Origin: Camelus dromedarius
Taxonomy: Eukaryota
DNA length: 64,000 bases
Assembly (NCBI RefSeq): GCF_036321535.1
Contig: NC_087436.1
Coordinates: 47,618,001 to 47,682,000, forward strand
Direction of reading: 5' to 3'
Below, piece after piece: positions 24,047 to 36,410 of this stretch. Below the pieces are notes generated by a model. It worked only from the letters and a program-made list of their open reading frames with translations. It was not told the DNA's origin and made no database searches. Made by a program: the position numbers and the translations under genes. Within the stretch, counting starts at the first letter, position 1. Every line of letters begins with the position of its first letter.

Positions 24047-24177
24047 AGGGGATTATATAACTTACTTTACAAACTAGGGCAGTTTTAAAAGTAAAAGGCC
24101 ATGCTATTAGTAGTTGTGCTGAGACAACAGGCATATTCAATGACTATCTAGGGCAAATTTGATGCATGATTGTTTTA
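24047..24177 (+). mobile_element. MER94-like hAT-Blackjack MITE
   Basis: 'aggggattatataacttactttacaaactagggcagttttaaaagtaaaaggccatgctattagtagttgtgctgagacaacaggcat...tctagggcaaa' is collinear with the recalled MER94 consensus. Confidence 0.7.
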
Positions 24178-24189
24178 GATAGTGTAGGT

Positions 24190-24980
24190 GTCTCTGATGT
24201 GGGTTAGGAGAATCTAAAGAGATCCTGGGCATGGACCAGACAAGTGAAAGAGGCAGCAGTTGAATGTCTGCCCTGACAGATGACATTTCAGTACCAGGAG
24301 AAACTTCAGAAAGGACCAGCTAAGAAAAATGGCCTTTCCCCTTTTATCTCTAATTCTCCCTCCCCACCCTGACCCTGGGAGATCTAAAAGCAAAACATTG
24401 AGTAGAAAAAAAATATTGAAGAGAAAGTTAGAAAACCATTAAAAAGCATTGATTATGTCTGATTTCCCCATTACTGGTTTGCAAAAGCCCAGATTAGGTC
24501 TGTACTTTGAATTAAGTGAGTTTTGGATAATAATTGGAGTTTTACTGGACTTCTAAAAATCAGACAATGGGGGTCTTTTTTATCTTAAAGTAGCTGAAAA
24601 AATTATAGGATCTAATTGAAATAATAGCAGTAATAATAGCTAACATATGGTACTTTTTATACATTATTCTTTATACAGTATAGTACTTTTTAATATATCC
24701 CAAATACCGTTCTAATATTTATATTAGTTCACATATACATGTTAGTTTTACATATTATATTAACATATATATTAATTTTAATTAATTCTGGGAACTGGGA
24801 GCTGGGAATGAAATTCTGGTGGTCTGGTTCTCCTGGGTCTGAGCTTTCTGCTGCTAAGTAATTGCCTCCTTCAACGGATCTGCCTCTGCAGAGAGCAATC
24901 AGACAGTAGGGGAGAAAAATAAAACTACTTTGAGACTGTACCTTGTTGAGTCCAGCCTATTTAATTAAACTATTAGACAT
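24190..24980 (+). mobile_element. Ancient Gypsy-like LTR fragment, interrupted by a degenerate MIR/AT-rich segment (~24620-24850)
   Basis: 3' end 'aataaaactacttttgagactgtaccttgttgagtccagcctatttaattaaactattagaca' is similar to 4880-4941. Confidence 0.45.
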
Positions 24981-26413
24981 GCATAAGAATGCAGTGTTAG
25001 TCTTCAAGGATCAGTGATAACCAGAAAACTTGGAAAATCATGGTGCTAGAAATGTAGATTTGGTTTAATATCCCTAAACTATCAAAACTAAGAGAACAAA
25101 TGAATTTCTGAAGGAGTAGATACAAGGTGTTCAAGTGTGAGCCTGTTGAAATATTTCCTGTCAATCAGCATGCATCTCTATAGAACTGGGAAAGGCAATG
25201 GGGATGTCATGAGAATAAAGAGATTGAGAAGAGAAACAAGAGAAGCAGAACACTGTGTCCCTGGAGACAAGACTTCCAAGGAGAAGAGTCATCAGTGTTA
25301 TAGAAAACAAAAAGAATGCTAGTTCACATAGTCATAAATAGACCTTTTGTTAGTTCTTTATTTTTTAAAGGACACAAACTTTGCCTTTTAAAAATCGATT
25401 TCCTGCCTGTAGAATTTGAATTTCTTTAACTTCGATGCAAAATGAGAGTCAAGTTCAAATGAAATACCCTATTTTTTCAGGTTCTACCTAGACTATGCTG
25501 AATGTGTGGCTGAAATTTAGCTGGACCATGTCCAGGTATGTTAAATAATCCCAGTAGAAGCGGTGCTCTCTTGTTTTATCACAAATAACTTGCCTAACTT
25601 TTATGATTCATGATTGTGGGCTACTCCAAAGAAGCAACAGGGTATCTTGGACTTTTCCTGATAGGGATAAACATAATTGAGAACACATTAAGATCTTCTT
25701 TTTCTCAGTGAAATAAATTCAGTGTCACAAGGCTGGGTCAGAAATTAGGTTTATGACAGGGTGTCCCAGATGTCTCTGCAGCTTCCTCTTTGCATCAAAT
25801 GCCAGAATCTAGTCGTCTTAGTCCAGATGATTGCCAATCTGTGCAGCTGCTCCTCCCACTGCTTCTCCTCCTGGGCAGACATCAGTTGAGTTGTACCGAG
25901 GCTTTACGAGGTCTCCAAGAATGTTTGCAAACCACACACTGCATCCTCATTGACCAGGGAGAGGAAAGAAAGATGGAGGCATTGCCCTACAAAGGCAAAA
26001 CTGCCACAACCTGAGATTAAACTGATGGCATAAATGTATGGTTTGTTGGGAATGTGAAATGACAAACTGGAGCAAACAGGCACTAATCAGGCACATTGCT
26101 TTTACTTTGTTTTTTATCTCTGTGCTTACTCCTCAAACATCAGATGCACTTTGTCTACTCTAAATTTGAAGGAGCTAGCCTCCTTTTTGGGTGCCTTTAA
26201 GGTAATAGCTTTTATGCTCTTTACTTTTGTTTCTTAAATTACAGATGTATTTGATAAGGTTTTGCTTTATTGCTTTGTTATTCTCCATTTGGAATAAGAA
26301 ATGCAAAATTTTTCTTTTAAGTCCTTTATTAGTATTTATTTTAAAGCTGCAGACTCATTGTGAACCTATGTTTTTCTTTACTACAACCCCACCATTGAGA
26401 GAAAGCCTGCATT

Positions 26414-26449
<36 letters not shown>

Positions 26450-26450
26450 G
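26414..26450. repeat. Poly-A followed by (GAAAA)n
   Basis: Read directly from the sequence. Confidence 0.9.
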
Positions 26451-29400
26451 GACAGAAAGTGGGTTACAGCGATTTTTCATTAACTTAGGACTGTCCTGGC
26501 TTAGAGGCACCACGTTCACACCCTGAAAACTCATGGATTTAGCTTCCACAGTCTGCTTCCCTAATTCTCTATGCTCTGCAACCTTTAGTTCACCAAATTG
26601 TTATGATGGGTAAACTGTCACATAAATGCTTAACTTTTACCATCTTAGAGGACATTATCTGAGGAAGTAAGGAACATAATTCTTCTGGTGCCTATGTTGC
26701 TTACCCATCTTTTATATTCTCCTCCATATCTTCAAGAAAGTTTGATCTTACATCCACGATTTTAGGTATCTTATTTGAGCAGTGTGAAGGTACCTGAAGA
26801 AGAGTCCAAGGGAGCCAGACCTAGTTGTAAAGACCTAAAGGGAATTCTAAAGAAATAAGTCAGTTTAACAAATTCACTATAAGAATTCATATGATTCTTT
26901 CGTTTTTAATGATTGGACAAATTCACACTTTTCTGCATACAGAGACAAAATCCATATAGAGATTGTGAGTCCTGAGGTCTGATTAATCTATCCACAGCTT
27001 TGTCTCCATTAGCTCTTCAGAATGCCACATTCTTAAAGAGAATCCTGAAGAAGGACCATGAAGAAGAAACAAAAGATATCTTGGACATCCTTTTAAAAAG
27101 TTAACATTTTATAATGATTTAAGTGTAAGCAAATCAGAGACACATGGATTACATTTCCCTTGGAATACACATGGGTTTGAAAGATTAAGGGAAAACAGGC
27201 TTGGCACAGTGTGGGTTGGGTATTATTGAACGTAAAACATTTGGAGGAAATATTTAGCTTTTTTGACAAGTGCCAAAAAATGACCAAGCTCACTCATCTG
27301 CTTTCCCTCTTCTTTGCCTCTAGCATCAGCCTAAAAGTCAGAGGGCTTTCGAGGTTAGAGAATGTGGGTTTTGTATTTCTTTGTCAGGAGATTAACCTTG
27401 CCTTATCTCTCTATTCCTCCATCATCTTTACCATTATCTCCCACCACATAGGAGGATGAATAGTTCCTTTGAAGAGTGATAAAGTTTTGGAAAGAGCTGA
27501 GTGAATTCACATAGTATTAAACTCTGTGGAGCCCAGAGAAAGGGGATTAATAAATCCTTACTGAATCAAATTGACTAAATAGCTTAAAAGAATCATCTGC
27601 CTTGTCATTTATTGTGCAGTTGTTAGCTGGATCGTGCCTTGCTGCAAACTCACTCCTTCCTTCCTCCTTCCCTCTTCCCCAGATATTTATTGAGCACTGT
27701 TACATATAAGGTAAAGAGCTGAAGATCTGATCTTTTAGGTATTTCTGGGTGGTGACAACCTTAGTATAAACATGTGGTAGATGAGTGCTAGGTTGAATGT
27801 TTTAAAATTTCATTTTTTTTTAGGCATATGTAGATGATTATGAATAACCCATTATTTGTTCTCTTGCTATTCATCAAATCTGCAGATATGCCTCTTTGAT
27901 ACTGGTTCTATAGTAGAAGAAACAAATATAATTCATTCATAAGTTGTTGGTCCGATTCTACATGCTTGAATGGTGCTCTAAATGTGGTTCTGAGACAGGA
28001 AGCCATCTCAGGGTGATATCACAATGGACAAGATATGGCCTTGCCCTAACACCTCATTGGAGCTGAGCTTTTTATACTATTTATAGTAATCCACCCGCAA
28101 CCCCATTCCTTGTTACCAAGGTTCATAGGAATTACGTCTTTAAAAAAGTGATGAGCAATAGCAAGTTAAAGAAATAATAGACTATATATAGCTTATAATA
28201 GGCAAGATATTTATAGGCAGTCTACTTTCCCATATTAAGATAAAGGAGATTTATCATTACGTAAGTGTGCTTTTCTGCCCCTGACTGTTGTATATATGAA
28301 ATCTAGAAACAAAGGCCCAAACTAGAAGTGGAAAGGTTCATTCTTTGAGGTTGTGGGGAAGGGATCTTATCACTCTCCAAGTTTATTAGACCTGTAGAAA
28401 TACAGTTCAGTCAGGTTTAAAGCCTGAGCCCACTGGGCTCTGAGAGCCTGAGCACTTGCCTTTGATCTACTTAGTCTTATAGTCAGCACACTAGGATGGG
28501 CTGCTTGTACCTGGTGGGTGAGCAGGCCTGCGGTTGAGACTTTCAGAACAAGAGGATATTAAGACCGTGTGAGAATGTCAAAGGGAGCTTCTCAAAGGAC
28601 CGGCAGTCCTGCCACCTATACCTCTGTCTCAGTCTTTGCTTTTTTCTCCTCTTTCAAACAGATGGTTGCCATTGAACAAATATTCCTTTGCTTAATGGTT
28701 TTTATCAAATTTTGCAATACGTGAAAGGTGCTGCCAATCAATTTAATGGAGAGTTAGACACTTGAAGTATCACTTGCTTCCCCTTCCTCTGTCTCAGAAG
28801 AACTTTGTTTCCTTGACTCTCTAAGACTTCTGAGCATGGTTAAAATATTTTGTTTGCTTTTATGGCCTCCCTCTGTTTTAATTCATTGTAAGTCACCAAC
28901 TAGATTTGAAATCTGTATTTATTACATGCTTCTCAAACTTACAGTTAAGCCAGGATGAGTTGATTTTTATCTCTATTTTAAGGTTTTAAAGATTAAATCC
29001 AAATGTCACTAGAAAATTTTATCAAAAGTTTCCAGATAACATAGCAACCGTCACCTTGGTAATATCTCATATAATAATCACCTGTATACCTCTCTCTTCA
29101 CTTTTATATCATTTATCTGCATAGCATTGGCATAGCTTTAGTAGCTAAATCCCTTTATGGCAAAAAAGAAGAGGAAAATAAGATCTTACAAATACTTATC
29201 TATTCTTTGGCAAAATAGTAGACTTTAAAAAATGACCATAGAATTGATGAATTTTTTCAGTTGCTAAATTAGAGTTAAAAAAAACACAGTGTCCATTGTG
29301 ATCTCCACTGAGGTCTTACATCCATCACTTACACACTATTAAATGGTGACAAACTTTATTTCTTTGTGGCCTATAATTTTCTCTCAGATATTTATGTTAG

Positions 29401-29609
29401 TGAAAAGTCTCTGGAATATATGCACGGTCTTTAAATCTGAGTTCTTATTCTAGTGAAATGTGTGTGTTAGAAAAGATACAATGTATGTGAAACACCAAAT
29501 ATATGTGATAAACAATTAACATTCCTGAGGAAGTTGGATGTGTGCAATTTCATGTTAAAAACTCAAGCCAGATTCATTGAATATGTAGGTATTCAATAAA
29601 GATTTGAAT

Positions 29610-30920
29610 TGGTAATAGTCATTTTAAAGGTGTGAATTGATATCTCAAAGTGGTTTTGATTTGTATTTCCCTGATGATAGTGATGTTAAGCATCTTTTCG
29701 TTTATCAGTTGGCCATATGGGTGTCTTCTTTAGAAAAATGTCTACTTAGATCCTCTGCCCAACTTTTGATTTAATTGTTTTTTTGCTATTGAGTTGTATG
29801 AGTTTTTTAATATTTTGGATATTGACCCCTTATCAGATGTTATGACTTACAGATATTTTCTCCCATTCTGTAGGTGCTTTTTCCTTTTGCTGATTGTTTC
29901 TTTTACTGTGCAGAAGCTCTCTTTTTGGTTGATACAGTCCCACTTGTTTATTTTTGCTTTTGTTACTTGTGCTTTTGGTATCATATCCAAAATAACAGTT
30001 GCCAAGACCGATGTCAAGGAGCTTTTCCTTATGTTTCTTCTGGGAGTTTTATAGTTTCAGGTCTTTAATCTTTTTTAAGTTAATTTTTATGAGTGGTATA
30101 AGATAGGGGTCCAGTTTCATTCTTCTGCATGTGATTACCCAGTTTTCCCAGCTCCATTTTTTGAAGAGTCTATCCTTTCCCCATTGTATATTCTTGACTA
30201 ATTTGTCATAGATTAACTGATCAGATACGCTGAGGTTTATTTTTGGGCTCTAGATTCTGTTCCATTAGTCTATGTGTCTATTTTTTCCCAGTACAATACT
30301 GTTTCAGTTACTGTAGTTTTGTAGTATAGTTTGAAACCAGGAGGTGTGATGCTTCCAGCTTTGTTTTTTTGTTTGTTTTTTCTTTCTTTCTCAGGATTGC
30401 TTTGTCTATTCAGGGTCTTTTGTGGTTACATGTGAATGTTAGCATTGTTTTTTCTATTTTTGTGAAAAAATGCCATTGAAATTTTGATAGGGATTGCATT
30501 GAATCTATAGGTAGCTTTGGGTAGTATGGACATTTTAACTATTAATTATTCTGATCCATGAACATGAGCTATTTTTCCATTTATTTGTGTCTTCAATTTT
30601 TTTCATCCATGTCTTACAGTTTTCCTTGTATAGATCTATATTAATTATTCTGATCCATGAACATGTATACTTCCTTGGTTAAATTTATTCCATAAGTATT
30701 TTATTATTTTTTGATGCTATCCTGGATGTGATTATTTTCTTTCTTTTTCAGATATTTTATTATTAGAGTATAGAAATGCATCTGATTTCTGTGTGTTGAT
30801 TTTGTATTCTGCAACTTTACTGAATTCATTGATTAATTCTAGCAAATTTTTGTAGGACTTTCTATATATAAGTTCATATTATTTGCAAAGACTTCTTTCT
30901 TTCTGATTTGGATGCTTTAT
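29610..30920 (-). mobile_element. L1 ORF2 fragment (RT to C-terminal region), older L1M-type
   Basis: Antisense L1 text 'gatatctcaaagtggttttgatttgtatttccctgatg', 'gatagggattgcattgaatctataggtagctttgggtagtatggacatt', 'atattatttgcaaa'. Confidence 0.9.
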
Positions 30921-30924
30921 TCTG

Positions 30925-31235
30925 TTGGCCTATCCATGGGCTGCCCAAGTATCCTCATGGCACAGCTGCTGGCTCCCCTCGGGGAAGTGATCTGAAAGGG
31001 AGAAAGAGAAAGGAAAGGTGAGGGGAGTGAAGGGGAGAGAGAGAGGTAGGGGAGGCAGAGCAGCCTAAGATGAAGGCCTCGGTTTTTCATACCCTTATTT
31101 GTGAAGTGACATGCCATCACTTTTGCTGGAAACTACTGCTTATACAGACCAACCTTGGTACAAAGTAAGAGGGAATTCACAAGGGTGTGGACATCCACAG
31201 GTGGGACTCGGTGGGGGCTGGGTTCCACAGTATGT
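30925..31235 (-). mobile_element. MaLR (MLT1J/K-like) LTR fragment
   Basis: 'tcctcatggcacagctgctggctcccc...gaagtgacatgccatcacttttgc...cagaccaaccttggtacaaagtaagagggaattcacaagggtgtgga'. Confidence 0.6.
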
Positions 31236-31448
31236 ATGGGAACCCAAAGTAGCAGGGTGTTCTTTGGCTTTTCACTCCAGCCATGCAGTTGTCAGTGTTT
31301 GTTTTCTTTTCCCAACTATTTTTTCTAGATCATTAATCTTTTACAAACAGTACAGATTTTTTTTAATTGTTCATTGATCACAAATGGAAATTTCTGATTT
31401 CTTTACTCTTCCATTTCAAAAAGGCTTCAAGGTTTTTCTACAATTTAA

Positions 31449-31462
31449 CCAGCAGATGGAGC
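31449..31462 (+). promoter_or_regulatory. Candidate CTCF binding site
   Basis: CCAGCAGATGGAGC versus core CCASYAGRKGGCRS, one mismatch. Motif match only. Confidence 0.35.
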
Positions 31463-32169
31463 ATGAAAACCTGACATTTTAATAACTACTTTTATTAGAT
31501 TACATGTTTTACTACCTTATAGCTTTGAAAGGGGTCTTAGCACTGGTTTAATCCTCTCATCCTACAGATTCAAAAGCAGTGGTTAGCGTCAGTACTAGAA
31601 TCCAGGTCTTGGGATGTTCTGCATTTCCCCTGTACCAACTGCTTTGACTGGAACCACTTGATGCTGCCTCCTCAGAGCTTTGAACTCAGTTTATTTCAAT
31701 TATTCATTCAGTTCCTACTGTGTTGAACTCATTCAAAAATGGATAAATCCCTGTCCCATAAGAAATTGCAGTTTGATTGAAAGGATGGAGAAGTCACTAA
31801 TACTTTCAATGCAATGTAATAAGAATCATGATACTTTAGGCTTTAGGGCTGTGATACCTAAAGGCCATGTCATGGATGTTTGGATAAGGAGACCCTGGGC
31901 ACATACCTTAAAGAATTAGCAGGGATTATCTAGGTAGACTTTGGGTGATAGAAGGGTGTTCCTGGATGAGAGAACATGAGGAAAGATAGAAAGGAGAGAA
32001 ATAGCTAGCTGTCTATGGAAAACCAAGTACTTGAATATTTCTGGGGCTCAAAAGAAAAATTAAAGTTAGTTACTCAAGTTCACTGAGTAATGATTGTACT
32101 ATCACAATTAATAGGACAGCCAGCCCTATCATTACCTTCTAGTGACTTAGAGACTTTTCTTTGTCAGGT

Positions 32170-32450
32170 AGTCATTCAGTTAACAAATCATTTTTGAAAA
32201 CCTGTTGTGTACCAAGCTCTGATCTACGTGCTGGGAATACAACAATGAGTAACAAATATGAAATCTCTGTCTTACATGGAACTTACATAATCAATGAGAA
32301 AGTACAAATCAAGAGAAGATAATAAGAGCTTTGAAGAAAAATAAAGCAAAGTAAAGGAGTGAGGAGAGAGAGAATGATGTGGTGAGGAAAGTATAATTTT
32401 GAACAAAGTCATTAGGGTAAGCCTTGTTAAGAAGCAAAGACCTTAAGGAG
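32170..32450 (-). mobile_element. L2 3' fragment
   Basis: 'cattcagttaacaaatcatttttgaaaacctgttgtgtaccaagc...gtgctgggaatacaacaatgagtaac...catggaacttaca'. Confidence 0.7.
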
Positions 32451-34544
32451 GTCAGTTGTGGTTTAACAGGCTGGTTGAGAAGATCATAGCAGTCTTTTAA
32501 GTCATGATGTGAGGAAACAGTTATCACAAGTGGAGCACAAAGAAGGATTGTGAATCAGGAATTTCACAAGACAATATATACCATTTATGCAACATAGCAT
32601 ACAAATACCTCTATCTTACACATACATACTATAAAGAGAGTGAGCCTGCCAATACACTAATGACCAGAGGAAGCCAGAAGTCTGATGATTTATGTTTTCT
32701 GGAGTTCTTCTTAATGCTACCAAAGTTGTGAAATAGATGCTTTGGAATTCCATGCCCATGTTTACTTATTGCTTTATTGATTCATACTTTAGTTTATTCA
32801 AGTAACTTTTGAGTGTTGGTGAGTTCATACCACTGCACTGGGTGTTCCTGTGTGCACTATCCATGGCAATCTAGCTGTATTTGGATATATTTGAAGGCAG
32901 ACTACAAAAAATATGTAAGTCTTTTTACCTCCTTTATGATGAAAATTGTGTATGATATTAGAAATAAAAAAATGCAAAGGAGAATGTCCTTTTAAACTTT
33001 GACCTGTTTGTTTCTTGTTTCAAGTTTATATCTATATCTATTTCCAGAAATTTTTTTTACAAAAAGGTATCTTAAGATATATATATAAAGATATATTGAG
33101 CATCTACTCAGTTTTTCCATAGTTCATGAAAAAGATGAAAGAAACTTTCATTCATGTCTTTGAGGAGCTCACAATATAGGGCAGACCAGTAAATTGTAAT
33201 ACATTTTCACATATCCTCTTTAATATTAAAATTATGTTTAATTTTCTTTCTCTCTCAAAGCTCCGTGTAGGATAGAGACTGTGTTTTATTTGTTCATTTC
33301 CATGCTTCTAGATCTTGCTAAATGTCTGGCACAAGTATTTAGTGAATAAATAGGGGGCTCATCTGAATTGTTTTCTTTGTTCATTGTCTGTATGAAACCC
33401 CCCACATAAATCAGTCTGGGGTGGTTTAGGTAAACCACTGTGTCATGTACTGTGTATGCTCAAATCAAAGATGAGGAGGGTGATAATTGTCCCAATTATC
33501 CCAATACTATGTTTCTACGATCTTTCTATTTTGGGCAGGCTAGGCTTGCTAATTTATACCCATGTGGAAAATCATTAAAGGGCATGCCTCTGCAAAGCTA
33601 GGGGAAGGGGGTTGAAAAGCTGACTTTCAGGGTGACTCTTTGTCTTATGATTTATGAGTCTTCAGCTGCCAATATCCCTCCATATGTAAACACATGGTCC
33701 TTCTATGTTGATAAATCAAGTTAATTTTATTTGTGTACTTTATGGTGTAATATCCCCATAGGACACCATACTATATTGACACCATGGGGATAAATTTGGA
33801 CAGACTTAGAAGAGTCTGTTTTTTAATGATCTCAGTGGGATTTGCTGCTGATGTGGTAATTTGGAAAACTGATTTTTTTTTTTGCACCAGAAACATTGTC
33901 TTTACATTGAAATAGCAAAAACAGAAAAAGTTCAATCATCACCAGCTCCTTTCTTTCTTATTTCATCTGTCAGTTTGGAAGTCATAGAGGGCTTCAAAAT
34001 CAAAAGTACTTCTGAATTAACTCTTAAGTCACCAACTTGGACTTAAGCATGCATTTTGATTCTTAATGTATTCTTATGGGGTTAATATTGTCTGAAGAGG
34101 AAACTGGATAATAAAAAATGGTTTAAAACTAATGCCATCTTTCTAGTTTCTGGAGCCAAAAACCAGAACTTCATTTTCGTAGTGAAACCATGAAAAAAGA
34201 TGTATTTTACTCTCAGACTTGCCAACATTTTGCCAGGAAGTTCTTTTGGAGGTGTTTGTGTGTGTGTGTGTAAGAGAAAGAGGGAAGAGAGAGATATTGC
34301 AAGTCACACACTGGGCTAGTGATGGACCCAGATATGCTATGAAGTTTTAATAAGCATAAACATTTGTGCGTTTTGAAATGACTTCCAGGTTCTTCGTTTG
34401 GAATGGAACTTGTATTTACCCTTTAGATGACTTACATTAATTTTTTTTTTGCATGTCCCCTATAACAGTGGTCAGGCAATGTTTACTTGACAATATAACT
34501 TTATAGAGGAAATAACACAGTAGACTATAATTTTGCTATAAATG

Positions 34545-35060
34545 AAGTTAGAGATCTTCTATTCCAATGGCTCATTTTATGGAAGAGGATTGTCTTAGTC
34601 TGCTTGAGCTTCTATAACAAAATGCCATAGAGTGGGTAGCTTAAACAACACACATTTATTTATCACAGTGCTGGAGGCTGAGAAGTCTAAGTTGAAGTTA
34701 CCAGCCAAATAATTCCTGGTGAGAACTCTCTTCTTGGTTTGCAGAGTGCTGCCTTCTTGCTGTGTCCTCCGACAGTGGAGACAGCAAGATCCCTCTCTCT
34801 CTGCCTCTTCTTATAAAGACACTGATACCATCATAAGAGCCTCACCCTCATGACATCATCTAAGCCTAATTACCTCCCAAGGGACTACTCTTCAAATGCC
34901 ATCACAATGAGGGTTAGGGCTTCAACATATGAATTTGGGGATGGGGGACACATTCAGTCCATAGCAAGGATCCTGAGGATCAGAGAGGTCAAATGATGTG
35001 TTTAAGTCACACAGCAAATTAATGCCTAAGTAGACCCAGAAGTCATATCTTTTGAGTGTT
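34545..35060 (-). mobile_element. MIR split by an MLT1A insertion
   Basis: 'ctcattttatggaagaggat' resumes as 'cctgaggatcagagaggtcaaatgatgtgtttaagtcacacagc' after the LTR. Confidence 0.7.
34591..34966 (-). mobile_element. MLT1A/MLT1A0 solo LTR with 5-bp TSD AGGAT
   Basis: 'tgtcttagtctgcttgagcttctataacaaaatgccatagagtggg...acacattcagtccatagca'. AGGAT at 34586-34590 and 34967-34971. Confidence 0.92.
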
Positions 35061-35489
35061 TTATTAAACTATGGATTTCCCTGTTTAAACTTACAATGAG
35101 AACATGCTAAGTCAATGAATATCTAATATTTCTCCCATCCCCTGCTGAAAGAATGTGAAAGTCAGTGTTCTAATCTTTTGCTTAGATGGAGAAGCACAGG
35201 TTGCAAAACTGCTCCTGGAAGTCATCCTGATTCCTGCTGTTAGGGTTGTAGAAGACAAAGTCTGTTTGGGAGGCATTAACCAGGAGCTGTGACAAGACTG
35301 GACATTTCCTCCATTCCTTCTCAAAATGCCTCCCCTTAATCATTGTAAAGGCAGGTGTGAAGACAGGTATGTCCTGTGGGCAGATGTGTTGGTGAGATTA
35401 CTAGATAAGAGGGGAAACTGGAGAAGTTAGCTTGACTGACAGGAAGTGCAGCCAATTATATAGCTCCATTAAACCCATATAGTCTTAAG

Positions 35490-35739
35490 ACTGGGCTTCA
35501 CTACTGAGTGATGAGAGAGACCTTGGAGGGTGAGATGCTGTCTTGGCTGCCCCAGCCTCAACTGAGCTCCATACTGAAATCAGTCAAGTAAGTCAGCTAT
35601 ATCGTGTTGTGCAGAATAACTGCTCCATTATTCTGTGAACCCAGGCAACTCATGGAGCCATGGGAAATAATACATTATTGTTCTTTTAAGGCACCAAGTT
35701 TTGAGATGATATGTTATACAGCAAACAATAACTGAAGCA
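35490..35739 (+). mobile_element. MaLR (MLT1) LTR 3' part
   Basis: Typical end 'ttgttcttttaaggcaccaagttttgagatgatatgttatacagcaaacaataactgaagca'. Confidence 0.75.
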
Positions 35740-36259
35740 CTTAGTTTACAAAAATTGTTTGTTAGACACATATATTTACCCTTCCCTGCTTGGAACATCC
35801 TTAGTTTAGTGCATAGATTGACCCATTTATTCTCACAGTTCCTGCACTAAGGTAAAGGTACATAAGAATTCCTCACGTGACTACAATTCTTAGTTGTAAA
35901 TGCTAAGCCACTACATGCCTCTCCTCTTTTCTCATCACTGCCAAGTGCCTGCAGACAATCAGGCTGGAACCTAGGCACTTCAATTAGGTCCCAGGTGGCT
36001 GTGTCAATCTCAGGTTGCAGCTGTCCCATAGAACCCGGCTTCCACCTTGGTCTCACACTCTCTGGTCTGTCCCCTTTCACTCTCTTGGACTGGACAGTAC
36101 TCCCACTAAACCCTAGCTGATGATTGGAGTACCAGTTCTTACCCAGCTCCTAATGATTCTTTGTCTTTAAGGATGGATCCTATTGCCAGCCCCCAACAGT
36201 TAACGGGGGAACAGAAGAATTTGTAAAATATGTGAACAAACTCTTTGGGATGAGTAACA

Positions 36260-36410
36260 GTATTGTAGAGTGGAAAGAACATGGATGTTAGAGTCATACA
36301 GACCTGGCTTGTATTCCAGACTGTCATTTATTATTAGCTTGTAATTTTTTGGGCAAATTTCTTGATCTCTTTAAGATTCATTTTTTCTAATTTGTGGAAT
36401 AGGTACTAAA
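36260..36410 (+). mobile_element. MIR fragment
   Basis: 'gtagagtggaaagaacatggatgttagagtcatacagacctgg...attagcttgt...tgggcaaatttcttgatctct'. Confidence 0.75.
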
